A DNA stretch of 57,204 nucleotides from Pseudomonadota bacterium (GTDB taxonomy: Bacteria; Pseudomonadota; Gammaproteobacteria; Steroidobacterales; JBCCMA01): the NCBI GenBank assembly GCA_039026595.1, contig JBCCMA010000004.1, forward strand, positions 1 through 57,204. The letters run 5' to 3'. The notes beneath the pieces are model-generated. The model worked only from the letters and a program-made list of their open reading frames with translations, made no database searches and had not been told where the DNA came from. The translations under genes and the position numbers were made by a program. The first letter of the stretch is position 1, and the number at the start of each line of letters is the position of its first letter. Positions 49,353 to 57,204 of this stretch are shown piece after piece.

Positions 49353-50602
49353 CAGGCCGGGTCCTCCTGCAACAGTTCATCGATCAACGCGCCGAACGAC
49401 GCCCTGAATTCGTCGTAGTGTACACCGGTACCGGGTCCGTTAAAGCCGGTATGCACAAGTCGGACAGCCCGATTACGGTCGAGCACAATCATGGTGGGGT
49501 ATGCGATGACCTCGTCGAGCAATCCCAGTGATTCCGTCGCCTGTTTCTTGTCAGAAAAGCCGGCGACCACCAATGGGTAATCAATGTCGAACTTGTCCCT
49601 GAACGCATTGACCTGCACGGCCGCCGCATTGAACTCATCGAGGTGCTCGAACATCAGTCCGACCACCTCCAGACCGTCATCGGCCCGGGCTTTGTGAAAT
49701 GGGGAGAGAAACGCGGCCTCGTCATGGCAGTTCGGACACCAGCTCCCGGCCAGAGCCAACACCACGACTTTGCCCGAAAAACGGGCGTCGTCCAGCGAGA
49801 CCATGTCACCTGCGGTGTCGGGAAAGCTGAAATTGATCCGCTCAACGCCCGCGCGGATTTTGCTCAAAGCGTTCGCATCGGGAAGTTCGACCGTGGCATT
49901 TCGCGTCGCCGTGAAGGTCTCGTGCCACTTCGTTCCGGACCAAAAATCCCCCGTGATGCGCCCGTTTTCGCCCTGGCGAGCCACAAACAGGAACGCGTGG
50001 GCACCGTCGAACGTCGACAGGTACAACAAGTCATCGCGCACGTCGCCGGCGAGATAACGGTAATCGCCCGTTGGCGTACGAAACGTCCCCGTAACCTTGC
50101 CGTTGAGCTGTTCGAACTCCCCGACGGCTTGCGTGGTTTTTCCGTCGTCATCCTGAAACTCAACGGCCCAACGCCCGCCAAAATCCGCGTTCACATCCTG
50201 CTCGCCCTCGAAGAAACGGTGCGTTTGACCGGCGCTTAGCACCAGCGGCATGACCTGACGCTTCCCGCCGCGTTTGATCAACGTGAGATCGCCCCGCCAC
50301 GTGTCGCCCTCACGGGTCAGCGCGATGCGATTGTTGAACGCTGGAAATTCAAGCTCGAGGCGGTCCCCGTCGAGCTGCACGCGCGGCACCTCGAGACGTT
50401 CGGCGCCATTTTCGATGACGGCCGAAAGGCCAGCGGCCGTATCCTTGAATCGAATCGTGAACGGAAGCTCGCCGCCCGGCAGTTCCAACGCCCCGCGCCA
50501 CGGCGTGCTTGCAAGTTCCGGAGGGGGCGCGCTGCACGCCGTGAGAGCCAAAATGAGAAGGACCGTCGTGGTCCGAAAAAGCGCGACGCGCAGCTTATTC
50601 AC
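49352..50602 (-). CDS. Lipoprotein with C-terminal TlpA-type thioredoxin domain
   Basis: Lipobox LTAC; TPTGDYRYL and FDGAHAFLF N-terminal domain; GSWCPNC. Confidence 0.85.
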   Translation of the reverse strand: MNKLRVALFRTTTVLLILALTACSAPPPELASTPWRGALELPGGELPFTIRFKDTAAGLSAVIENGAERLEVPRVQLDGDRLELEFPAFNNRIALTREGDTWRGDLTLIKRGGKRQVMPLVLSAGQTHRFFEGEQDVNADFGGRWAVEFQDDDGKTTQAVGEFEQLNGKVTGTFRTPTGDYRYLAGDVRDDLLYLSTFDGAHAFLFVARQGENGRITGDFWSGTKWHETFTATRNATVELPDANALSKIRAGVERINFSFPDTAGDMVSLDDARFSGKVVVLALAGSWCPNCHDEAAFLSPFHKARADDGLEVVGLMFEHLDEFNAAAVQVNAFRDKFDIDYPLVVAGFSDKKQATESLGLLDEVIAYPTMIVLDRNRAVRLVHTGFNGPGTGVHYDEFRASFGALIDELLQEDPA

Positions 50603-50616
50603 GTTGTGTTTTCTCC

Positions 50617-51714
50617 TTACGGGGTGGCGGCCTCCGTTACTTGCGGCGGCTCATCATTATTGCCTCGACGCGCGAGGCCTTCGCCCTCACCGCCCACTTT
50701 GGCCGCGAGCCAGTCCACCATGTCAAACCAGATACCGTCCATATCCTTGTCTTCGGGCAGCCTGCCGGCGCTCTCCAGTTCAAGGGTCAGGATCGGGATA
50801 CCTTTATACACGCCAACGTACCGACCCATCGAGCCGGGGTAGGTTCCCAGCAGGCGCAGCTCCAGCGGACCGAGGTTTTCCGGCGGAATTCGCGGCCCGT
50901 CGAAGTCAACGATACCGTGCGGCGCATGCACAGAAATCACGGCGTCCGGCTTATAGGTATCGATCTGCTCGGCGATCCAGCGCGACTCCGGCTCACTCAG
51001 TGGTCCGGGGCCGGGATACCTGCGTTTGTTGCGGCGGGCGGTTTCAATCCAGTACTTGGTCGCCTCTTCCGTCCAGTTCGGCGTCGGGAAATTTCGATTG
51101 AGATCGACGCCGTTGGCATTCATGCGCGTCGACTGGTCCGGTGGCATCAACAGGCCGTCGGGATTCAAAAGCGGAACAACGCGCCAGTGGAAGCCACCGC
51201 CCTGATCCTTCGCAAGACGCTGCTGCCAGCGAAAAACCGCCGTAACCGAGCTGTACTCGTCGCCGTGGATACCGCCGATAAACAGCACCCGACCGCGCGG
51301 CGAGGCATCACTCGGCGCGTAGTCACGCATCGCGATCACTTTTTTCTTGTTCGAAACGGCACCGCTTGGATACAGGCCGAGCGCCATGCACTCTTCAAAA
51401 TTGACCGACGTCAGCTTCGTGTCGATTTCTGAACACAGTGTGGCGATCGGATCGACGTCTTCGACCCCATCGCCGTCTGTTTCAGCCAGCGCCGGGTCCG
51501 CCTGTGGGATCACGTCGATCGCAGCCTCGACGGGCGCGTCGACCGTCTCATCAGGCGCGTCATCCGGCACGGCCTGAAATACGGGCATTGAAAACGGATC
51601 GAAGCCATACAGGCTGCTGACCGCTTTTGCGGGTGGCGCGGCACTTAAACAAACCGCCGCCATTGTGAGCACTGCGACGCCGCGGCGCGCGACGTGCCGC
51701 GCGCCACTGCGCAT
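50617..51714 (-). CDS. Exported M14 zinc peptidase, murein tripeptide amidase MpaA-like
   Basis: GGIHGDE, NPDG, NANGVDLNRNFP, SEPES, ISVHAP, YPGSMG, LTLEL; N-terminal signal peptide and acidic linker; start uncertain. Confidence 0.85.
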   Translation of the reverse strand: MRSGARHVARRGVAVLTMAAVCLSAAPPAKAVSSLYGFDPFSMPVFQAVPDDAPDETVDAPVEAAIDVIPQADPALAETDGDGVEDVDPIATLCSEIDTKLTSVNFEECMALGLYPSGAVSNKKKVIAMRDYAPSDASPRGRVLFIGGIHGDEYSSVTAVFRWQQRLAKDQGGGFHWRVVPLLNPDGLLMPPDQSTRMNANGVDLNRNFPTPNWTEEATKYWIETARRNKRRYPGPGPLSEPESRWIAEQIDTYKPDAVISVHAPHGIVDFDGPRIPPENLGPLELRLLGTYPGSMGRYVGVYKGIPILTLELESAGRLPEDKDMDGIWFDMVDWLAAKVGGEGEGLARRGNNDEPPQVTEAATP

Positions 51715-51732
51715 GCGCTCGTTTATGTAATT

Positions 51733-51751
51733 ATTATAAATCAATGGCTTA
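51733..51751. promoter_or_regulatory. Perfect -10 element (minus strand) abutting an IHF consensus site upstream of the M14 peptidase
   Basis: Minus-strand TATAAT at 51738-51733; AATCAATGGCTTA at 51739-51751 matches WATCAANNNNTTR. Confidence 0.55.
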
Positions 51752-51835
51752 TCTCTTCTTCACAGGGGGAAAGTGACGCTAGCAGATGCGTTTTGGCGAT
51801 GCCATGACGCACCTCTGCCTTTCCTCCACTGACCG

Positions 51836-53188
51836 TCAGTCCGACACCCGCCAGGCCACCGCGAACGGGGTGCGCGCATCATGCGGACGCGCGGCGCCTA
51901 CGACAACGTCGATACGCTCGCCGTCCGCAATCGCGATCTGAAGATGCTCTCCGGTATCCGCATGTCCATCGACCCGCTGGATCAGCCTTGGTTCCGATTC
52001 GCCTGTGAACACCGCCAGTGACAGATCCGACGGGTGATTTCGTCGGGCGGGCGACCAGTCCCAGATCAGCGCCACCGTCAGCGTGCCGGCGCGTGGCGGT
52101 GTCAATGCCAACCGCGACGCCAGACCAGTGCCGCCGACCTGCCCCACCCGGCGCGCGTGCCAATAGCCGCTCGACTCGACACTTTGCCACGTCGCATCGC
52201 GTTCCGGTACGGGCTCGGCCGCACCCGTCAGAACAATCCGGCCGCTCTCGTACACATTCAGCTCACCTGCACCAAACTGGGCGTTCAACCCGTTTGGCGT
52301 GTTCACATCGAGCCGCTCCGGCGGACCGCTGGGCGCACCTTCGGCTCGTTTGAGACGCCGGTCCGCACCCGCCATCAATGCTGCTCGAACAATGCGAGCG
52401 TCATCATCGGGCCGACGACCCGGAACAGGATCGGCCACCAGCGCATCGAGCAGCAACGTGGCCACTGACCCAACCCGCGGCGCCGCTTCACTGGTCTTGC
52501 TCGCCGAGGCCACCAGATGAGGACGGTGCACCGTGGCCTCGTAAGGACCGTCCACAGCGGACAGTCGGGTGGAGTGGTTGCCATCGCTGCGGCCCACGGC
52601 CAGCACATTAAACGCCGAGGCCAGCAACGGCGGGTTGCGCTTGCGCGGATTATTGGCGATGCCGCAGGTCACCACCCATCCACGCCGAACCACGGCGCTG
52701 TCCAATGCGCGAAGCACACGCCCATCCTGCTCGGGGAGGCCACCGATCCAACTGTGATTCCATACCCGCGCCGGGCCAAGGCCCGACGGTCGCCCGAGAC
52801 CCCGTAGAAATTCATTCGCCGTATACAAATGCACGCGGTTGACGCCCGGCGCCACGCTCGTGCCGCGCCCGTACAGCGCGCGGCCTGTCGTGGTCGCGTG
52901 ACTGCTGTCGTCCAGTGCGTTGTCTGCGACGTTCAGGAAGGTCACGCCGCGGAATTCGGGCCGATGTCGTCCCGGAATATGCGAGCGACGCGAGGCGTCC
53001 TCGTCGTCGCCGATGAGCGGGGACGGCGGTTCGACCTGCGCCACCTCGATGCGCCGTCCGTCAGGGACACGGTCGCCGAATTCGGCCACCAATCGGTCAT
53101 AGCCGGGCCGATGCCCGCCGGCAAGCGCCGGAATCGAAACCAGCGCGGTCAGCAACGCCACACCGCTGCTGACCGCCCGAGTCGTCAC
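51836..53188 (-). CDS. Secreted divergent subtilisin-like (S8) serine peptidase
   Basis: Signal peptide; ordered subtilase motifs VAQVE, SSHAT, VAPG, NHSW, GIAN, VLAVG, RPHLVA, TSEAAP, FGAG.LN. Confidence 0.7.
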   Translation of the reverse strand: MTTRAVSSGVALLTALVSIPALAGGHRPGYDRLVAEFGDRVPDGRRIEVAQVEPPSPLIGDDEDASRRSHIPGRHRPEFRGVTFLNVADNALDDSSHATTTGRALYGRGTSVAPGVNRVHLYTANEFLRGLGRPSGLGPARVWNHSWIGGLPEQDGRVLRALDSAVVRRGWVVTCGIANNPRKRNPPLLASAFNVLAVGRSDGNHSTRLSAVDGPYEATVHRPHLVASASKTSEAAPRVGSVATLLLDALVADPVPGRRPDDDARIVRAALMAGADRRLKRAEGAPSGPPERLDVNTPNGLNAQFGAGELNVYESGRIVLTGAAEPVPERDATWQSVESSGYWHARRVGQVGGTGLASRLALTPPRAGTLTVALIWDWSPARRNHPSDLSLAVFTGESEPRLIQRVDGHADTGEHLQIAIADGERIDVVVGAARPHDARTPFAVAWRVSD

Positions 53189-54471
53189 GGTCGGCGGTAG
53201 GCCGGAGGAAGATCGCCCGTTGGCGTGCGGTAGCGGTCCCGTAGCCGTGTCTGACGGCTGTGCATGCTGACTTTCTCTCCGCGCACAAACACCGCATCCG
53301 CGTACGTGGTGGTTTCGAGCGGATCACCGTCCCAAAGCACCAGATCCGCTTCGTTCCCCTTGCGCACTGCACAGCATCGTTTGTTGAGGTTCAGCATCGC
53401 GGCCGCATTGACCGTGATGGCGCGAAGCGCCGTACCCCGATCCAGCCCGTGCGCCACCGCGTTGCCCGCGACCTGAGTCAGGTTGCGCGGATTGTGCGAA
53501 TCGCCCTGCGCAAACGCAATCGTGACGCCGGCCTCGGTGAGGCGCGCCGCGTTCTTCATCGTCGCGTTCAGTGAATCGAACGACCCGGGCAGGTTTTCAA
53601 ACGGATCGAGAACCACGCCGATCTTGTGCTTGGCGAGCGCCTCGGCCACAAGCCACGCCTCGGCCCCGCCGGCGACAATCACACGCAGATCGTAATCCTG
53701 CTTGAGTCGGATGACCTCGTGAAGATCACTCGCGCGATCTGCAAAAATCACCATCGGCGTCCCGCCTGAAATCACGGGCTGTAAAGCCTCAAGATCGATT
53801 CGCGTGGCGGCGTACTCGCGACGCTCGCCTTCCTCAAAATCATCGCGGTGCTCAGCGTAGTCCAGCGCATCGTCCAGCGCCTCGCGCAGCTGCTGCACCG
53901 CCGCCGCACGCGACCCACCGGCAAGTCCGCCTCCACGCTGCCCCAGATACGCGATCAAAGCGGCGCCACGTCGTACAACCGTTTCGTCAGGACTGACCGA
54001 AAACGTCACGGCCGCGGCACGACCGGCGAATACCGAGTGCGCGCCGCCGTAGGGTGCACTTGGCACGACCAGCGCCCGCGTGACGCCTTCAATACGGTTC
54101 ACGCCCACGACAGAAGACCGCGGATTGATGGCGGAGGACAAATCGAAACCCGCGCCGTAGCGCCCCGTGTGTGTTGTGTCGACACTCTCCTCCACGAGAC
54201 TGACCTCCATGGCCCCGAGCGCACTCAACGGATCGAACAACCCCGGCGTAATTTGGCGTCCCTGGGCATCGATGACCTCAACGCCCTCGGGAATGGCGAT
54301 GTCGGCCCCCACAGCGGTGATGCGCCCATCGCGCACGACGACGGTGGCCGACGGCAGTGTGCCCTCGTCGGTCATGGTGTGAATTTGTGCGTTTGTGATC
54401 GCAAAGTCAGCGTGGGCTGTGATGCTGAACGCTATGCACAGCGCAGCTGTGATCGTGGTTATGCGTTTCAT
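53185..54471 (-). CDS. Exported amidohydrolase-fold protein, probably non-catalytic
   Basis: Amidohydrolase beta-sandwich termini, ADLVLWDGDP; HxH motif replaced (PGLFDPLSALG). Confidence 0.82.
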   Translation of the reverse strand: MKRITTITAALCIAFSITAHADFAITNAQIHTMTDEGTLPSATVVVRDGRITAVGADIAIPEGVEVIDAQGRQITPGLFDPLSALGAMEVSLVEESVDTTHTGRYGAGFDLSSAINPRSSVVGVNRIEGVTRALVVPSAPYGGAHSVFAGRAAAVTFSVSPDETVVRRGAALIAYLGQRGGGLAGGSRAAAVQQLREALDDALDYAEHRDDFEEGERREYAATRIDLEALQPVISGGTPMVIFADRASDLHEVIRLKQDYDLRVIVAGGAEAWLVAEALAKHKIGVVLDPFENLPGSFDSLNATMKNAARLTEAGVTIAFAQGDSHNPRNLTQVAGNAVAHGLDRGTALRAITVNAAAMLNLNKRCCAVRKGNEADLVLWDGDPLETTTYADAVFVRGEKVSMHSRQTRLRDRYRTPTGDLPPAYRRP

Positions 54472-55889
54472 TGCACGCCTCCTGCCTCTACGGTCAGACC
54501 GAGTTCGAAATCGCTGGCCGGCTGATAGGCCGCGTCGCGCCGGTCGTAAACCAGCGCGCCATCAATGTAGACCTGATCAGCTAGCGCGTAGACGCTGAAC
54601 GGGTCACGATTCCAGATCACCACGTCCGCTGATTTGCCCACCTCGAGTGTCCCCGTCTCCTCTTCGATGCCGAGCGCGCGGGCGGCGTTGCGGGTGATCC
54701 AGGTCATGGCGTGTGCGCGCGTAATGGACAAGCCCATGCGATTGCCCGACGCCATGGCCTTGGCCGCCTCCTGATTCAGGCGTTGAATGCCGATGCTCGA
54801 ATCCGAATGGACGATGGCACACGCGCCGGCGGCGTCCACCATGGCCACGTTCTCGCGGATGGCATCGAAGGCTTCCATTTTAAAGCCCCACCAGTCCGCC
54901 CACATCGCCGAGCAGGTGTCCGCCTCGGCCAAAAGATCGGGGATCTTGTACGACTCGGTTGCGTGGTGAAACGCCGTGACCTTGTAGCCAAACTCGCGCG
55001 CGACCTCAAGCATGGTCGCCATTTCGTCGGCGCGATAACAATGATTGTGGACCAGGATGTCGCCGCGCAGTACGCCGGCGAGCGTTTCGAGTTTGAGATC
55101 GCGATCGGGCGCCTCACCCTTACCGTTGGCGGCGGCGTCCTCCTTACGCCGGTACCGCTCGGCCGCGATCCACGCCGCGCGATAACCCGCCACGTTGCCC
55201 ATACGGGTACCTGGCGCTCGGCCCTTGCTGCCGTACACGCGCTTGGGATTCTCGCCACACGCCATTTTGAGGCCGTAGGGTGCGCCCGGGAACTTCATAC
55301 CCTGCATCGTGCGCGATGGCACGTTTTTCAGCGTGACCGTGCGACCACCAATCAGGTTGGCCGAACCGGGCAAGATCAGCATCGTTGTCACGCCGCCCGC
55401 GCGAGCTGCGTTAAAACCGGGGTCCTGCGGCCATACCGCGTGTTCGGCCCAGACCTCCGCGGTCACCGGATCGGTCATCTCGTTGCCATCATTGTGGGCC
55501 GCCACACCCGGTGACGGGTACACGCCGAGATGGGAGTGCACATCGATAATCCCCGGCGAGACAAAACGGCCCTGAGCGTCGATCACCTTCGCACCTTTCG
55601 GCGCGCGCAGCGTTTCGCCGACAGCGGCCACACGGCCATCTTTCAGGAGTACGGCGCCCGGATCGAGCACGCTGCCGGTGCCGGTGTAGACCACGGCGTT
55701 CTTGATCAGAAGTGTCTCGGCGGGCAGCGGCGAGTAGGTCGAGGCATAGGCCGCGCGGGTCTCATCCGCTTCGCGGTCCGCACAACCGGCCAAGACAAGT
55801 GACGCCCCGAACCAAACCGAGACGATTACGCCGCGCGTCATCGCGCAGTGTGCCGACTGTGACCAGTCAGACGAAAGCAAAGTGCGCAT
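54468..55889 (-). CDS. Amidohydrolase lipoprotein (metal-dependent, imidazolonepropionase-like)
   Basis: Lipobox LAGC; IDVHSHLG, KMACGENP, HNHCYR, FHHATE, HSDS; start may be 55841. Confidence 0.9.
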   Translation of the reverse strand: MRTLLSSDWSQSAHCAMTRGVIVSVWFGASLVLAGCADREADETRAAYASTYSPLPAETLLIKNAVVYTGTGSVLDPGAVLLKDGRVAAVGETLRAPKGAKVIDAQGRFVSPGIIDVHSHLGVYPSPGVAAHNDGNEMTDPVTAEVWAEHAVWPQDPGFNAARAGGVTTMLILPGSANLIGGRTVTLKNVPSRTMQGMKFPGAPYGLKMACGENPKRVYGSKGRAPGTRMGNVAGYRAAWIAAERYRRKEDAAANGKGEAPDRDLKLETLAGVLRGDILVHNHCYRADEMATMLEVAREFGYKVTAFHHATESYKIPDLLAEADTCSAMWADWWGFKMEAFDAIRENVAMVDAAGACAIVHSDSSIGIQRLNQEAAKAMASGNRMGLSITRAHAMTWITRNAARALGIEEETGTLEVGKSADVVIWNRDPFSVYALADQVYIDGALVYDRRDAAYQPASDFELGLTVEAGGVQ

Positions 55890-55931
55890 CGCATCCCCAA
55901 ACGTGCAGCAAACAACACGGCGATGCTAGCA

Positions 55932-55963
55932 GTCCGGTGGAGCAGGCGCACACTCCACCGGAC
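55932..55963. other. Intergenic stem-loop (11-bp perfect stem, no U tract)
   Basis: GTCCGGTGGAG-N10-CTCCACCGGAC, 18 nt past the BON gene stop. Confidence 0.6.
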
Positions 55964-55981
55964 CCGTGCAGCGGACGGAAA

Positions 55982-56362
55982 TTACTGAACCGTCAAAACC
56001 ACCTTCAATCCGACCGAGTCCACGCCCGGCGTCTGTGACGCGACGGCCACGGCGCGCTCCAGCGTACGGGCGTCGTCGACTTCTCCGGAAAGCGTGACGA
56101 CACCGTCGCTCGCCGAAATCAGAATCGGTTCTTCGCGAAGAAACTCATCGCCATTGAATCTTGCGCGCACGTCTGTGACCACCGTGTCCGACGGATAGGC
56201 CGAATCGTACTGCGAGCTGGCGAAGGTCGAGTGGTGATCCACCGGGTCGGCGTAGACCAGTTCGTCATCGTAGTTGTCGTCGTCACCAATTACGATGACG
56301 CACCCGTTCAGAAGTGTCGCCATGGCGACCGCGCAAAGTCCGTTCCGGATTTTCTTGTTCAT
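55982..56362 (-). CDS. BON-domain lipoprotein
   Basis: Lipobox LNGC; SD.VV..VRA...I.ISASDGVVTLSGEV...A..VA..TPGV.SV. Confidence 0.85.
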   Translation of the reverse strand: MNKKIRNGLCAVAMATLLNGCVIVIGDDDNYDDELVYADPVDHHSTFASSQYDSAYPSDTVVTDVRARFNGDEFLREEPILISASDGVVTLSGEVDDARTLERAVAVASQTPGVDSVGLKVVLTVQ

Positions 56363-56394
56363 GCAGGAATCCTCTTTTCCAGCTTGTCGTTTGA

Positions 56395-57204
56395 TCAACC
56401 GATATCGATGCGCTGGTGGCGCATGCGTATTGTCAGAAAGAGCAGCGCCGCCGCGATGACGAGGCCCACGAGCAACGCGGGGTCGAGTAGCGCACTCACC
56501 ACATCCATGGGCCCGGGCAAGTCGCCGTTGACCACAAAGTCATCGAAGTTGCCGCCGTTGTGCCGGATGCCAAACTCGGCCATCCGCTCGCCGAAGTTCT
56601 CGAAAAACCCGCCAGCGTAATTGCTGATCGTTTCGAGAAACACGCTGGTGTTGAACGCCACTTTTTCTGCGAACGCCACGCCGGCCGGCACCAGTAACGC
56701 AATCAGAAACGGCGTGCGCGTGGATGCGGCTGAGGCGAAGAACAGCCAGGCGACGAACGGCAGGAACCAGATCGACATGCCCAGACCCAGTGAGACCATG
56801 CTCAGGACAATCCTGAAGAACGGCACCTCGGTCCAGAGCAACCCGAAGGGATTGACACCCTGGAACATGGCCGCGATCGACGCCACGATCATAGACAGTA
56901 TCGTCGTGCCCAGTACCGCGACGATTCCAATCACCGGTGCCACAATCAGCGCGGTCAGCAGCTTGGAGACCACCGTCTGCGTGTCGGTTACCGGCAGAGA
57001 TTTCCAGAACAGGACGCTGCGATCCTTGCGATCTCCGTACAACGCATCGAGTGAGTAAAAGAACACGACGACCATACCCACGAGCAGAAACACGCCCCAC
57101 AGACCGAGTGACCAGACCGACACGGCCCGGCCGACAGTCTCAGCGTCGAAATACTGAAACGCCTCAACGATGTGCGCACCACCGACGTAAGCGGTACCGC
57201 GAGC
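56395..57204 (-). CDS. ABC-2 type transporter permease (3' part; runs off the right window edge)
   Basis: FYSLDALYGDRKDRSVLFWKSLPVTD..TV.SK; frame open to 57204. Confidence 0.87.
   Translation of the reverse strand, partial: ARGTAYVGGAHIVEAFQYFDAETVGRAVSVWSLGLWGVFLLVGMVVVFFYSLDALYGDRKDRSVLFWKSLPVTDTQTVVSKLLTALIVAPVIGIVAVLGTTILSMIVASIAAMFQGVNPFGLLWTEVPFFRIVLSMVSLGLGMSIWFLPFVAWLFFASAASTRTPFLIALLVPAGVAFAEKVAFNTSVFLETISNYAGGFFENFGERMAEFGIRHNGGNFDDFVVNGDLPGPMDVVSALLDPALLVGLVIAAALLFLTIRMRHQRIDIG

Noticed and set aside
51714-51741. Possible dif site (TTATTATAAAT resembles the XerD arm)
   Set aside because: Two mismatches in the XerD arm and no XerC arm at 6-bp spacing; better explained as -10 plus IHF site.
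985-55514. Many long antisense or overlapping ORFs (e.g. 985-1839, 7756-8784, 12190-13344, 24001-24912, 46985-48136)
   Set aside because: Shadow ORFs of well-supported genes, expected from GC-rich codon bias; no recognisable motifs.
1-57204. CRISPR arrays, tRNA/rRNA, IS/prophage genes, tandem repeats
   Set aside because: None seen by eye; intergenic spaces are short and mostly explained. An Infernal/Rfam scan would be needed to exclude small RNAs in 4325-4609, 22449-22775 and 43762-44173.

Overview
GC-rich chromosomal window from a gammaproteobacterium (lineage not determinable from sequence alone), made up mostly of core genes: an aa3-type cytochrome c oxidase operon (coxB-coxA-small ORF-ctaG-coxC), comF, kbp, recG-ubiC-ubiA, yicC-gmk-rpoZ-spoT, PP2C-rph-rdgB-hemW, rpmE, mrcA divergent from pilMNOPQ, aroK-aroB-dgt-pyrF-hemE, LysR/pirin, a lipid cluster (patatin, fadD), oxyR, two PEP-CTERM-type paralogs, ppc, yajQ and a run of exported hydrolases. 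I saw no mobile element, CRISPR array, rRNA or tRNA. The most notable signals are: (1) an AT-rich island between hemW and rpmE with a three-DnaA-box core spaced like E. coli DARS elements (DARS-like or oriC); (2) a multi-Ig-domain lipoprotein that appears to be a sixth gene of the pilMNOPQ operon, with CRP/Vfr-type sites upstream; (3) a divergent subtilase with Glu in place of the catalytic Asp, coupled to an active/inactive amidohydrolase pair; (4) a sigma54/enhancer/IHF promoter driving two paralogs with different C-terminal sorting tails; (5) several apparently leaderless genes. All family calls come from motif recognition, not database searches.
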